From Promethearchaeota archaeon (GTDB taxonomy: Archaea > Asgardarchaeota > Lokiarchaeia > Sigyniarchaeales > SOKP01), in assembly GCA_048937405.1 (NCBI GenBank), contig JBHLNF010000001.1, positions 160,001 through 224,000 on the forward strand: a DNA stretch of 64,000 nucleotides, in the 5' to 3' direction. A program made the position numbers and the translations under genes. Shown here one piece after another: positions 9,638 through 20,385 of this stretch. Position 1 is the stretch's first letter. Every line of letters begins with the position of its first letter. Under the pieces are notes generated by a model, which was not told where the DNA came from, did no database searches, and saw only the letters and a program-made list of their open reading frames with translations.

Positions 9638-11332
9638 ATGGAAATGGAAAAGAAAAATCTTGCAATAATTGTATTAGCCGTAGCTTTAGTGGCATCTGGT
9701 ATTGGTAATATAGTAATTCTTACAATGAGTGGACTTATTGAGCCAACCGCACCAAAAGAATTACCCACGACCCTCATTTTTGGTACTGGTAGCGGTCCTG
9801 TTGACTCTGATCCCCAATATATGTGGGATAGTGCCTCATTTGACTATGCCTATCAAATTTGGGAAGGTTTATATGCGTATAACTTAAGTGATCCAGACAC
9901 TCCTTTGTTTGCAAATCTTGCAACTGATTTTGGTACGTGGAGTGGTAATAACCACACAGTAACTATTCGACAGGGTATTGAGTTCCATTCTGGTACTAAA
10001 TTTAATGCCACATCTGTAAAATTCTCCCTAGATAGAATAAACTTTTTAAGTAATCTTACAGTTTCAGAAGAATATAATGTGACAGATACATCTTATGGTG
10101 TAAGTGACCTTGCGGTATTATATATGTGGCCTGATGGTACCCCTATTCTTAATCGCACAGAGATCATTAGTGAGTATGTGGTTAAATTTGTATTAAACAG
10201 ACCATATGGTGTCTGGCTACCATTATTGACTTTTACAGGCTCAATGATGCTCGATCCTGAAGTAACTCCAGCAGGTGATTATATATGTGAAGGAATGTCG
10301 GGAGCAACCTCAGAAACAATCTCTGGAACTGGTCCATGGAAATTTGATTATAACATTGCTGGTGTTGAAACACAATTCTCAAGGAATGATGATTTTTGGC
10401 GAGGTCCAGGAGAAATTGAAAAGTTAAAATTTACTGTTATACAAGACTCTGATGCTAGAAATACAGCTATGTTAAATGGAGAAGTACATATATTGGATGC
10501 ACCTCACCCATCATACTATGATGAAATGGGTTCAAATCCAGATTTGGTGCTATACGAGGCTGGTCCTGGTACAATTACTCAATATCTTGGAATGAATAAT
10601 GTACTTTACAACATTACTGTCAGAAGTGCAATTTCCTATGCTATTGATTATGATTATATGATCAATAACTTACTTGAAGGTGAAGCCGTAAGACTAAAAT
10701 CACCAATTCCTCTAGGTATTCAATATGCCAACTGGTCATATGATGTTCCTACTTTAAATCTTACGAAAGCAAGAGAATATATGCAAAGCATGGGGTATGG
10801 TGTTGGCTATACCACAGATGCACAATGGGAAGCTGCGTCCTTTATAACAGTCAACTATACCTATAACTTAGATAATCAGTTCCGAATAGATATGCTCACG
10901 TTATTACAAGATAACTTAGGAAAGATCGGAATTGCTGTTATTGATAACGGTTTGGAATGGTCGCTATATAAAGCTTATCTACAGCTTCCACTAAGCCATA
11001 ATAAATTATCAATATGGTTTATCGGATGGATGCCTGACTATAATGACCCAAGCAATTATGCAAATTCCTTAATGTCAAATATATCTGCTTCAAACACCGC
11101 ACAAATCAATGATCCTACATTAGAAGCTTACTTATTAGCAGGTTTAGAAGAGACAAATCAGACTATTAGAAAACAAATTTACGGGGACATGCAAAAATAC
11201 TGTGTTGAACAATTAAGACCTTGGGCTTATGGCTATGTTGCAAAAAATTTTGATGTGTGGATAAAAGAGCTACACGGCTATCCTAGCAATGGTATGGGTT
11301 ACAATTATTTCTATCCTTGTTATTTTGAATAA
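9638..11332 (+). CDS. dppA: Peptide/nickel ABC transporter substrate-binding protein (family 5)
   Basis: FHSGTKFNATSVKFSLDR, GTGPWK, VRSAISYAID, GWMPDYNDP; N-terminal anchor. Confidence 0.9.
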   Translation: MEMEKKNLAIIVLAVALVASGIGNIVILTMSGLIEPTAPKELPTTLIFGTGSGPVDSDPQYMWDSASFDYAYQIWEGLYAYNLSDPDTPLFANLATDFGTWSGNNHTVTIRQGIEFHSGTKFNATSVKFSLDRINFLSNLTVSEEYNVTDTSYGVSDLAVLYMWPDGTPILNRTEIISEYVVKFVLNRPYGVWLPLLTFTGSMMLDPEVTPAGDYICEGMSGATSETISGTGPWKFDYNIAGVETQFSRNDDFWRGPGEIEKLKFTVIQDSDARNTAMLNGEVHILDAPHPSYYDEMGSNPDLVLYEAGPGTITQYLGMNNVLYNITVRSAISYAIDYDYMINNLLEGEAVRLKSPIPLGIQYANWSYDVPTLNLTKAREYMQSMGYGVGYTTDAQWEAASFITVNYTYNLDNQFRIDMLTLLQDNLGKIGIAVIDNGLEWSLYKAYLQLPLSHNKLSIWFIGWMPDYNDPSNYANSLMSNISASNTAQINDPTLEAYLLAGLEETNQTIRKQIYGDMQKYCVEQLRPWAYGYVAKNFDVWIKELHGYPSNGMGYNYFYPCYFE

Positions 11333-11630
11333 AGAATGAAAAAACTTTAAAAAATTACCAAATAAATCAATTTTTTTTTTTAAAATTTCTATTTTTAAAT
11401 TACTTCCAAATATCTCTACAATCATTTCAATACCATTATTTTTAAAAACCGATTTAATTACTAGTTTTAAATATTCCCTTCGATATATTAAGCTTGATTT
11501 CTGAAGAATAAAGCCGAAATGTTATGTTTGATTTTTTATTAATATTAAGAAATACTTGGTATGAATCTAAAATAATGAATTAATCCGACAGAATAAAAAA
11601 ATAATAGAATAATTAATAAAGAATCGATCA

Positions 11631-12170
11631 TTGATAAAGATATTTTTAGGAAAACAGTGGTTTAATTTATCTGATATAAATAAATATCGGAAGATTGTAA
11701 TGGATAGATATAAAATTGAGCTTGCAAGACAGGGAAATTTTATTGTGGCAATTTTAATGACTCATTTTATTTTTTTTGGCTTTATTGCCAATGTTTATGA
11801 GAAATCGATTGGAGAAGATATATTATTTTTATATAAAGTTTTATTTAGTCCCCAATCTTTTGTTTCAACTTTTCTTCTTATTGCAATTATCTTCTTTATT
11901 GTTTTAAGAGAACCTTTTTTTGAGTACGGAATTAGGAACAGCATAATGCTTACTCCAATTATAGTAGGAATGTCATGGATATGGTATTGGTTTATTGTTG
12001 GATTTGATATCACAATTATTCCTCTCTATTTTATTAAATTTGAAGCTTATTTAACAATTATTAGTATTTTGGGCATTAATTTAACTTCAGCTATTCTTGC
12101 TTCTATTTTAAAAGAAATATATAGAGAACAAAAAAAATCCAAGAAACAAATTATTATAAAAGAAACATAA
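11631..12170 (+). CDS. Hypothetical 4-TM membrane protein inside the ABC cluster (start may be ATG 11700)
   Basis: Four hydrophobic segments; no family recognised. Confidence 0.6.
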   Translation: MIKIFLGKQWFNLSDINKYRKIVMDRYKIELARQGNFIVAILMTHFIFFGFIANVYEKSIGEDILFLYKVLFSPQSFVSTFLLIAIIFFIVLREPFFEYGIRNSIMLTPIIVGMSWIWYWFIVGFDITIIPLYFIKFEAYLTIISILGINLTSAILASILKEIYREQKKSKKQIIIKET

Positions 12171-12214
12171 AAAAATAAGTACAATTTTATAAAAGAAAAA
12201 AATGACTAGGTGTA

Positions 12215-13237
12215 TTGAATTTGAGTATACTTAAATATGTATTTAGAAGATTTTTAACTCTAATACCGGTTTTATTCGGAGTATTGTTGGTTACTTTTAT
12301 ACTCTCAAGGCAAATGCCAGGAGATCCTATATTAGCTCATATGCCTCAACAATACACAATGGCACAATATTTAGCCATGAAACATCGACTTGGATTCGAT
12401 AGACCTCTATTTGACCAATTTTTTATTTACATCGGAAATCTCTTTACAGGAAATTGGGGTGTTTCTGTTTCTATTAATAAAGGTCAAGATGTTTGGGAAC
12501 TTATTTGGGAAAGATTTCCAAGGACATTAGATATTACTATGTTTGCAATGATAATTGCCTCTTATGTGGGGATTAAAACGGGAGTAATTTCAGCAACTCA
12601 CAGAAATAAATCAAAAGACACAATTCTTAGGAGTTTTGCTCTTGTGGGCGTTTCAATACCAATCTTCTGGCTTGGTTTAATCCTACAATTGACGTTAGCC
12701 TATAGACTGAATTTATTTCCAGCTGTGGGGTTTAAAACATTAAGTTATACTGATCCTAAATTAGTTACTGGCTTTAGGATAATTGATTCCTTAATATCGG
12801 GGGAATGGTACTTAATCTGGGATTATTTATATCATCTTGCTCTACCAGTACTATGTTTATCTTTTATAACTCTTGCGTCTATCACAAGACAAACCCGTTC
12901 TAGTATGCTAGAAGTATTGCAACAGGATTATATAAGAACTGCAAGAGCAAAAGGATGTAGAGAGAAAGATGTAATACATAAACATGCTAAAAAAAATGCA
13001 TTGATCCCTACGGTGACAATCATAGGTTTGAATGTTGGTGGTTTATTAGGGGGTGCAATTTTAACCGAAACAACCTTTAACTTGCACGGTGTTGGTGAAT
13101 TATTGCTACGAGCTATTGTGATTAGCGATTATTATGTAATTAATGCAATCGTATTTATGACAACTTTGATATTTATTTTTGTCAATCTATTTACAGATTT
13201 AATATATGCCTATTTGGACCCTCGTATAAAATATTAA
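12215..13237 (+). CDS. dppB: Peptide ABC permease
   Basis: PGDP, QDYIRTARAKG, DLIYAYLDPRI. Confidence 0.92.
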   Translation: MNLSILKYVFRRFLTLIPVLFGVLLVTFILSRQMPGDPILAHMPQQYTMAQYLAMKHRLGFDRPLFDQFFIYIGNLFTGNWGVSVSINKGQDVWELIWERFPRTLDITMFAMIIASYVGIKTGVISATHRNKSKDTILRSFALVGVSIPIFWLGLILQLTLAYRLNLFPAVGFKTLSYTDPKLVTGFRIIDSLISGEWYLIWDYLYHLALPVLCLSFITLASITRQTRSSMLEVLQQDYIRTARAKGCREKDVIHKHAKKNALIPTVTIIGLNVGGLLGGAILTETTFNLHGVGELLLRAIVISDYYVINAIVFMTTLIFIFVNLFTDLIYAYLDPRIKY

Positions 13238-13274
13238 AAAAAAGATAGAGATTATTTCAAAAAGGGAAGAAAAA

Positions 13275-14276
13275 ATGGAACAGTTATATACACAAGAAGA
13301 GTTAATTGAGCAAAAAAAGAAAAAGAATATAGCAAAAAAAGTACTCTCATGGACGGCTTCGAATTTGAAATTTCTTTTTTTACCTGGTTATAGATTAGAA
13401 GAACTTACAATTCGACAAGAAAAATATGAAAAAACTATTAGTAAAAGAAAATTTATCAGAAGATTAAAGTCAACCCTTACAATAATAGGTATAGGTATCA
13501 TTTTTATAATTGTCAGTTTTGCAGTCTTCGCCCCCTGGATATCACCCTACTCATTTCAGGAAGCTGATGGTATTTATGAACCTTGGTATGCTCCACCTTC
13601 TTCAGAACATCCCTTAGGAACAAGTCATTTTGGAAGAGACGTATTAGCAAGAATGATATGGGGGGCAAGATCATCTTTAACCATTGCATTGCCCGCGATT
13701 ACATTAAGTGTAGTTGCTGGTGTCTTTTTTGGTGTTATTGCAGCCTACTATGGTGGATGGATTGATTCAGTCATTATGAGAATATGCGATATTTTTCTTG
13801 CTTTTCCAGGATTAATATTTGCCATAGTTTTAGTGGGTATATTAGGTCGTGTAATGCAATTTATCATTTTAGCTTATGGAATTCTAGGAATACCTTATTA
13901 TGCAAGATTAATTAGAGGGAATGTATTACAAGCTAGAGAACTGCCCTATGTTGAAGCTGCTAAAGTTTCTGGAGCAGGAAGATGGAGAATAATGTTCAAA
14001 CATATAATACCGAACACTATTCAACCAATTATTATCTCATTCACATTTGATATCGGTGGAGTTATTTTAAGTTTCGCTGGTCTAGCCTTTTTAGGATATA
14101 GCGATCCTCACCTAATTGAATGGGGCAGAGATATCGATCTTGGTCGTGGGAAGTTAGTTGAGGCACCTTGGGCGTCATTATTTCCCGGATTGATGATAAT
14201 GCTTACCGTCTTGGGTTTTATGTTAGTAGGAGATGGATTAAGAGATGCCTTGGATCCTAGATTAAGGAACTTATAA
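13275..14276 (+). CDS. dppC: Peptide ABC permease
   Basis: HPLGTSHFGRD, YVEAAKVSGA, GDGLRDALDPR. Confidence 0.92.
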   Translation: MEQLYTQEELIEQKKKKNIAKKVLSWTASNLKFLFLPGYRLEELTIRQEKYEKTISKRKFIRRLKSTLTIIGIGIIFIIVSFAVFAPWISPYSFQEADGIYEPWYAPPSSEHPLGTSHFGRDVLARMIWGARSSLTIALPAITLSVVAGVFFGVIAAYYGGWIDSVIMRICDIFLAFPGLIFAIVLVGILGRVMQFIILAYGILGIPYYARLIRGNVLQARELPYVEAAKVSGAGRWRIMFKHIIPNTIQPIIISFTFDIGGVILSFAGLAFLGYSDPHLIEWGRDIDLGRGKLVEAPWASLFPGLMIMLTVLGFMLVGDGLRDALDPRLRNL

Positions 14277-14289
14277 CTGCTATTTAAAT

Positions 14290-15594
14290 TTGAGAAAACT
14301 AAGTGATTTGATAAAAATAATGGGTATAACCGAAGATAAATATAAAGTAGATGATAAAAAACTTCAAAAATTAACAGCAGAGAACAAAATTTCAGAACTT
14401 ATCCTTGAAGTAGATAATTTGAAAACTTATTTCTATACAGAAGAAGGTATTGTTAAAGCTGTTGATGGTGTATCATTTAAAATATATAAAGATGAAGTTT
14501 TGGGTCTTGTAGGTGAAACTGGCTGTGGTAAATCAGTTACAGCCCTTTCAATTTTACGTCTCGTAAGAGAACCTGGTAAAATAGTAGAAGGAAATATTTT
14601 TTATAAAGGAATTTCTCTATTAGATTTAACTGAGCAAGATATGAGAGAGCATCGTGGTAGGGATATAACAATGATTTTTCAAGATCCTTTAAATTCCCTT
14701 AATCCCGTTATTTCAATTGGAGATCAGATAAGGGAAGTATTTCAATTGCACCAAATAGATGAAATCAAGAAAGATTTGGATGATCGTTTATTAGAAAGAA
14801 GAAATAAGAGAATTGAAATAAAAGAAATTGCACAATATCTAAAGGAGAATAAGGAAGAACTTACCCCTGAAGAAAGAGAAATTAATTTAAAGAAGATTAA
14901 GGATCTTAAAAAACAAACCGTTCATATACCTCTTCTTAAAGATATTCTTTCCGAAAGAGCAGAAAAAATTATTACAGAAGTAGGAATTCCGGATGCTAAA
15001 GGTATTTTAAAAAGATATCCTCATGAATTAAGTGGTGGTATGAGACAACGGATTATGATTGCTATGGCTCTCTCTTGCAATCCTTCATTGTTAATTGCAG
15101 ATGAACCTACTACAGCGTTAGATGTTACTATTCAAGCTCAAATCCTTGATCTGATGAAAGAATTAATAAAGAAGTTCCAAACGTCAATTCTAATAATTAC
15201 ACATGATTTAGGAATTATAGCTGAATTGTGTGATAGGATTGCTGTGATGTACAGTGGAAATATTGTTGAATATGCAACATCTGAAAATTTATTTAAAAAT
15301 CCGCGACATCCCTATACAAAAGGTCTACTTGGTGCTATCCCTAGTATTGAAAAGAGAGATCAAGTATTGCAAACTATTCGAGGCATGGTCCCGAATTTAA
15401 TATATCCTCCATCTGGTTGCAGATTTCACCCACGTTGTGACTATAGGTTAGAAGTGTGTGATAAAATAAAACCAAAATTAACAGAAATTGGTGAAAAATA
15501 TTTTGTTGCTTGTCATCTCTTTGACCCAAAATATAAAGATTCACCAAAATATGAACTAACCAAGAAAGAGGAAATAGATTCATATAAAATATAA
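14290..15594 (+). CDS. dppD: Peptide ABC ATPase with a charged helical insertion
   Basis: GETGCGKS, LSGGMRQR, ADEPTTALD, C-terminal GCRFHPRC..C..VACH. Confidence 0.92.
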   Translation: MRKLSDLIKIMGITEDKYKVDDKKLQKLTAENKISELILEVDNLKTYFYTEEGIVKAVDGVSFKIYKDEVLGLVGETGCGKSVTALSILRLVREPGKIVEGNIFYKGISLLDLTEQDMREHRGRDITMIFQDPLNSLNPVISIGDQIREVFQLHQIDEIKKDLDDRLLERRNKRIEIKEIAQYLKENKEELTPEEREINLKKIKDLKKQTVHIPLLKDILSERAEKIITEVGIPDAKGILKRYPHELSGGMRQRIMIAMALSCNPSLLIADEPTTALDVTIQAQILDLMKELIKKFQTSILIITHDLGIIAELCDRIAVMYSGNIVEYATSENLFKNPRHPYTKGLLGAIPSIEKRDQVLQTIRGMVPNLIYPPSGCRFHPRCDYRLEVCDKIKPKLTEIGEKYFVACHLFDPKYKDSPKYELTKKEEIDSYKI

Positions 15595-15631
15595 AAATAA
15601 TTAATAAATAAAATTAAATTTAAAAATAGAA

Positions 15632-16891
15632 ATGACTCTTGGAAAAGAAGAACTTAAATCTGATAAATTTAGAGTGCAAAAATCCTCTAAAAAAGAAGAT
15701 GAGGTTATCTTAACTGTAAGAAATCTTAAAACATATTATCCAATTTATGGTGGGTTATTTAAACGAAAAATTGGGGAGGTAAAAGCTGTTGATGGTGTTT
15801 CATTTAAACTTTACAAGAGAAAGACTTTAGGCTTAGTAGGAGAAAGTGGATGTGGGAAAACCACAATTGGTAATACTATTTTAAATCTCGTAGCTAATAA
15901 TGATGGTGAAATTTATTATGGAAATCGAAGGGTTGATCCAGGAAGAATTCAGCGAATATCTGAAAAACTTATTAGGAGATATAAAAAAATCTATCTTGCT
16001 TCCGTTATGAATATTTATAGGAAAAGACATAAAAAAATCAATGATTTTTTCGTTAAAACTCCACAATGGATAAAAAAACTTTATGTGAAGACAAAAATCA
16101 AAGGAAAAGAGATTTTTGAAGATTTTAAAGTTGAAAAATTCTTTAGAAAGAAAATTCAAATGGTTTTTCAAGATCCTGATTCATCTTTAAACCCTAGGTG
16201 GAAAATAGTGAATATTATTGGGGAACCTCTTCGACTTTTGGAAGGTATGACAAAAAGAACCGAAATTAGACACCGTGTTCTTGAATTATTAGAAACAGTA
16301 TCTATGAAAGCAGAACATTTAGATAGGTATCCTCATGAATTCTCAGGAGGTCAAAAACAAAGAATTGTAATAGCCAGAGCTTTAGCATGCAATCCAGAAA
16401 TTATAGTGTTAGATGAACCGACTTCAGCTCTAGATGTTTCTGTTCAAGCTCAAATATTAAATTTATTGAAAAACTTACAGAATATGTTTAATTTATCATA
16501 TCTTTTTATAACCCATGATTTAAGTGTAGTACAACATATTGCTGATGATATCCAAGTTATGTATTTAGGAAAATTTGTTGAAGGTGGTTCTATAGATGAA
16601 GTTTTCTATAATCCAACACATCCATATACTAGAGCCCTACTATCGGCTCGACCAACATTTGATCCAAGTTCAAAGAAAAATAGAATTATCTTAGAAGGTG
16701 ATGTACCAAGTCCAATCAATCCTCCCTCTGGATGTCCTTTCCATCCAAGATGTCAAGAAAAAGGAGAGCATGTTGGATGTGGTTTAGAAAATCCAATAAG
16801 AATTCCACTTGGAGGAACTCATTATATGATGTGTTTGCCGTTTAAAGGAGAGAAAAAATCATATAAAGGAATAAATTACATTTCTGATTAG
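15632..16891 (+). CDS. dppF: Peptide ABC ATPase with a basic insertion
   Basis: GESGCGKT, FSGGQKQR, DEPTSALD, GCPFHPRC. Confidence 0.92.
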   Translation: MTLGKEELKSDKFRVQKSSKKEDEVILTVRNLKTYYPIYGGLFKRKIGEVKAVDGVSFKLYKRKTLGLVGESGCGKTTIGNTILNLVANNDGEIYYGNRRVDPGRIQRISEKLIRRYKKIYLASVMNIYRKRHKKINDFFVKTPQWIKKLYVKTKIKGKEIFEDFKVEKFFRKKIQMVFQDPDSSLNPRWKIVNIIGEPLRLLEGMTKRTEIRHRVLELLETVSMKAEHLDRYPHEFSGGQKQRIVIARALACNPEIIVLDEPTSALDVSVQAQILNLLKNLQNMFNLSYLFITHDLSVVQHIADDIQVMYLGKFVEGGSIDEVFYNPTHPYTRALLSARPTFDPSSKKNRIILEGDVPSPINPPSGCPFHPRCQEKGEHVGCGLENPIRIPLGGTHYMMCLPFKGEKKSYKGINYISD

Positions 16892-17211
16892 TACTATTAC
16901 TATTTCACTTTTTTTTTACAATTTGTTTTCTTTAAATTTTTCAAATTCCCATTAAGTGCCAATTTACAATTGTGAAAGTATAGAAATTAAGTTAAATAAT
17001 ATTTTTTTTTTAAATGATGACTTTTATAAATTCTAGAGTCTTTGTCTTTATATCTTCATCTTAGATTATGCTAAATGATTATCAACATTAATCAGGTTAG
17101 CAGGTTATGAAAAATAATTCGATAAGAAAAAAAAACTTATAAAATTAAATTAAAGCTTTTCATTTCGAAACAAAAAGTTAAAAATAAAATTTTGAATTTT
17201 CTATTTTATCT

Positions 17212-18411
17212 ATGACTGAAAAATCGCGAATATATGTAATTAAAACTTCTCCAAAAACTGTTCTTGAAGATTATGGAAAATTAATGCATTTATCCAAATA
17301 TCAAAATTATTTCCCTAAAGATCTTAAAACAATTATTAAACTCAATCTTAGCTGGTCTAAATTCTATCCTTCATGTTCTAGTCCACCATGGCAAGTAGAA
17401 GGAGTACTTAAAACAATGATTGAAGATGGTTATGATCATCGTAATCTTTTTACAGCTGAAAACCGCACTGTTGTTACCAATATTTCGAAAGGTATTACCC
17501 AAAATCGCTGGAGTCCAATTATTCAAAAATATGGTGCTTGGTTTGTACCTTTAACTAAAGTTCCTTTTACTTCATACAATGATGATTTAAGATCAAAATT
17601 TGAGACATTAAGAGATAAAGAATTACATGTTTTAGATTCAAAAATATTTCCAAAAGGATTTAAAATACCAAAATTTTACTTAGGAAAACCTATAATTCAC
17701 TTACCAACCATGAAAACGCATGGGCATACAGGATCTATTGGAGGGTCTTTAAAGAATACAGTTGATGATTCGAGGAATGGAGGAATTACATGCGCCATGA
17801 AAAATGCATTTGGTGGATTGCTAACAAAACGAAGACACTTTTCTCATCAATATATGAGTGAGGTATTGGTAGATTTACTGATAATCCAAAAACAGATACA
17901 TCCTGCAATAATGTCGATTGTAGATGGAACAGTTTGTGGTGATGGTGCGGGACCGAGAACCATGATACCACGAATTAAAAATTATTTGCTTGCTGGGTAT
18001 GACCAAGTGGCAATCGATACTGTTGTTGCTAAAATGTTAGGATTTAATCCTTTAGACTTACCTGCTATAAAAATCGCTCATGACGAAGGTTTAGGATGTG
18101 GAGATTTTGATCAAATTGAAATTATTGGGGAAAATATCTCTCATGTTAACTGGAAATTTAGAGTTAAAAGAAGTTTGGTAATTTGGGGTGATCAGATGGT
18201 AAGAAAAGGTAAGCTCTCTTTTTTACATCCATTATTCCATAACAAACTGTTTATGGCTTTACCCATATTAGGCTCCTTAATATATCACGATATGTTTTGG
18301 TATCCTACAATAGGTAAAAAAAGAATTAAACAGTTCATGAAAACTGACTGGGGAAAGATGTTTGAGAATTACCCTACAGAATCTTTAGGGACAATAAACA
18401 AATTTAATTAA
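17212..18411 (+). CDS. DUF362-family putative Fe-S protein
   Basis: IIKLNLSW, LPTMKTH, ITCAMKNAFG, DGTVCGDGAGP, DQVAID. Confidence 0.75.
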   Translation: MTEKSRIYVIKTSPKTVLEDYGKLMHLSKYQNYFPKDLKTIIKLNLSWSKFYPSCSSPPWQVEGVLKTMIEDGYDHRNLFTAENRTVVTNISKGITQNRWSPIIQKYGAWFVPLTKVPFTSYNDDLRSKFETLRDKELHVLDSKIFPKGFKIPKFYLGKPIIHLPTMKTHGHTGSIGGSLKNTVDDSRNGGITCAMKNAFGGLLTKRRHFSHQYMSEVLVDLLIIQKQIHPAIMSIVDGTVCGDGAGPRTMIPRIKNYLLAGYDQVAIDTVVAKMLGFNPLDLPAIKIAHDEGLGCGDFDQIEIIGENISHVNWKFRVKRSLVIWGDQMVRKGKLSFLHPLFHNKLFMALPILGSLIYHDMFWYPTIGKKRIKQFMKTDWGKMFENYPTESLGTINKFN

Positions 18412-19190
18412 AGAATCTCTTTTATTGCCTTTTTATAATCAAACTTATTGTCTTTTTTATGAATTTTATAATAAATTAAGAATTCGATAGATCCTCCCTT
18501 TCCTAAGAGTGGAGAACTTTTTATTCCATAAGGAAATATATTGTTTTTTATACTCCATTCTATCAATTCTTTAAGTATATTAGAGAGAATTCTGGAATCT
18601 CTAATAATTTTAAATTTTTTTTCTTTTTGAAATTGAGTTTCAAAAAGAGGTTTTATTAATGCAATTATAATTCCTTTTTTTCTAAGAAAGTTTTTTACAT
18701 TTGGAAGGATTTCTCTTAAAGAAGTAAAAGTAGTATCAATCGTACAAACATCAATTTTTTCCTCCATTTCTATTTTATTACGGGCATCAACACCAACCAT
18801 CGGAATCACAATTTTTTTCATCTTCTCAATTCTCAATAACGGATGTAATAAATCAATCGCTGTATCTATTGCATATACTTTACGAGCACCACTTTTTATT
18901 AAACAATCTGTAAAGCCTCCAACAGATGCTCCAATATCCGCACAAACTTTATCCTTAACTGAAATTGAGAAAAATTTTAACGCGGATTCTAATTTCAGAC
19001 CTCCTCGTCCAACGTACGGAAATTTTTTTAGCAAATGAATTTCAAGAGAATCGTCTACTCGCTTTCCAGGCTTTGTTATTTTTTTACCATTAATAACTAC
19101 ATAGCCGTTCATAATGAGCCATTGTGCTTTAGTTCTACTTTCAACTAAGCCTCTATCAACTAATACAACATCAATCCGTTCCTTCATCAA
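18408..19190 (-). CDS. tlyA: TlyA-family rRNA 2'-O-methyltransferase (S4 + FtsJ)
   Basis: RIDVVLVDRGLVESRTKAQ, YVGRGGLKL, DIGASVGGFTD, LIKPLFE. Confidence 0.9.
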   Translation of the reverse strand: MMKERIDVVLVDRGLVESRTKAQWLIMNGYVVINGKKITKPGKRVDDSLEIHLLKKFPYVGRGGLKLESALKFFSISVKDKVCADIGASVGGFTDCLIKSGARKVYAIDTAIDLLHPLLRIEKMKKIVIPMVGVDARNKIEMEEKIDVCTIDTTFTSLREILPNVKNFLRKKGIIIALIKPLFETQFQKEKKFKIIRDSRILSNILKELIEWSIKNNIFPYGIKSSPLLGKGGSIEFLIYYKIHKKDNKFDYKKAIKEIL

Positions 19191-20304
19191 ACTTCTTTCT
19201 TATAGGATTATTATATGTTTTTTCATAGATTATCAATGATATTTTTTTACTGATTTTACTTATTTGCACTTTAATAGACAAAATACCTCCCCATCTTTTA
19301 TAAATTGCTCTAAACAATAAACCAATAGCAAAAAATGTGGCTGTTATAAAAAACCAAATATTAATAGGATTCAATCGATTCAAAAATAAAAAATACAATA
19401 GATTATGAGAAACATATAAAGTAAATGAATAATATGAATAATAAAATAATAATTTATAACTTTTTTCTGTATTAATCAGATTTAATATTTCAAATATTAA
19501 TAATACAGAAAATAATGTTAATTCAATACCCAAAGCATAAATTATCCAAGAAAAAGTTCTTCGATTTAAGAACTTAGGAAAACTAATAAACACCCCAAGG
19601 ATAATAAATAAGATACCAATTACTAAGAGTAAAAATAAATCCTTATACCTTAAAACTCTATTTTCAATTTTTTCATTTTGATTTGTATAAAAAACATTAA
19701 AAATTGTATCTCCAACTACGGTCCCAAATAGGAAAAAAGGGTAAAAAGTTAATATTGGATCTTGATGGATATCATGATATAAGATATGAAATATTAATCC
19801 ATATAAATTTGCTTCACCTTCATATTCTAATAATAGTGATACCAGTATTTGATTTAAAATCATGACAATAAAACCAAAACTTATTCTAAAAATCCTTGAA
19901 GTCTTTAAAAGTGGCAATGTAATGATTAGAGATACTGCTGTTGTTAACAATACATACCAGGTCCATATCCAGGTAAGATCATTTAAACTCAAAGAAATTA
20001 ATATATTATAAATTATTGCTATCGCAAAAATAAAAAAAGCTCGAAGAATGTAAGTATTTCTTATTATACTTGGATTTAACTGATTAAATTTACTAGTTTC
20101 AATAATTTTATTCCTATATGATAGTGTAATACTTATTCCTGATATAAATAGAAAACCAGAGGCGCCAATAGGATCAAATATCATTTTTGTAAAGCTATTT
20201 ATACTAGAATAATCATTTTTTAACCACCAATCTATTAAATGAGTTAAAATCATCCAAGCCATACATAATCCGCGAAAAATATCAATGCTTTTTAATCTCT
20301 TCAT
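19171..20304 (-). CDS. Multi-TM DUF1624/HGSNAT-like acyltransferase
   Basis: RLKSIDIFRGLCMAWMILTH N-terminal motif; ~10 TMs. Confidence 0.65.
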   Translation of the reverse strand: MKRLKSIDIFRGLCMAWMILTHLIDWWLKNDYSSINSFTKMIFDPIGASGFLFISGISITLSYRNKIIETSKFNQLNPSIIRNTYILRAFFIFAIAIIYNILISLSLNDLTWIWTWYVLLTTAVSLIITLPLLKTSRIFRISFGFIVMILNQILVSLLLEYEGEANLYGLIFHILYHDIHQDPILTFYPFFLFGTVVGDTIFNVFYTNQNEKIENRVLRYKDLFLLLVIGILFIILGVFISFPKFLNRRTFSWIIYALGIELTLFSVLLIFEILNLINTEKSYKLLFYYSYYSFTLYVSHNLLYFLFLNRLNPINIWFFITATFFAIGLLFRAIYKRWGGILSIKVQISKISKKISLIIYEKTYNNPIRKKFDEGTD

Positions 20305-20385
20305 AAATATTCCAAATTGTTGAGATACCGACTAATTAATATATACAAAAATCAGGAAAACATAATAGATTAACCAATTATCATT

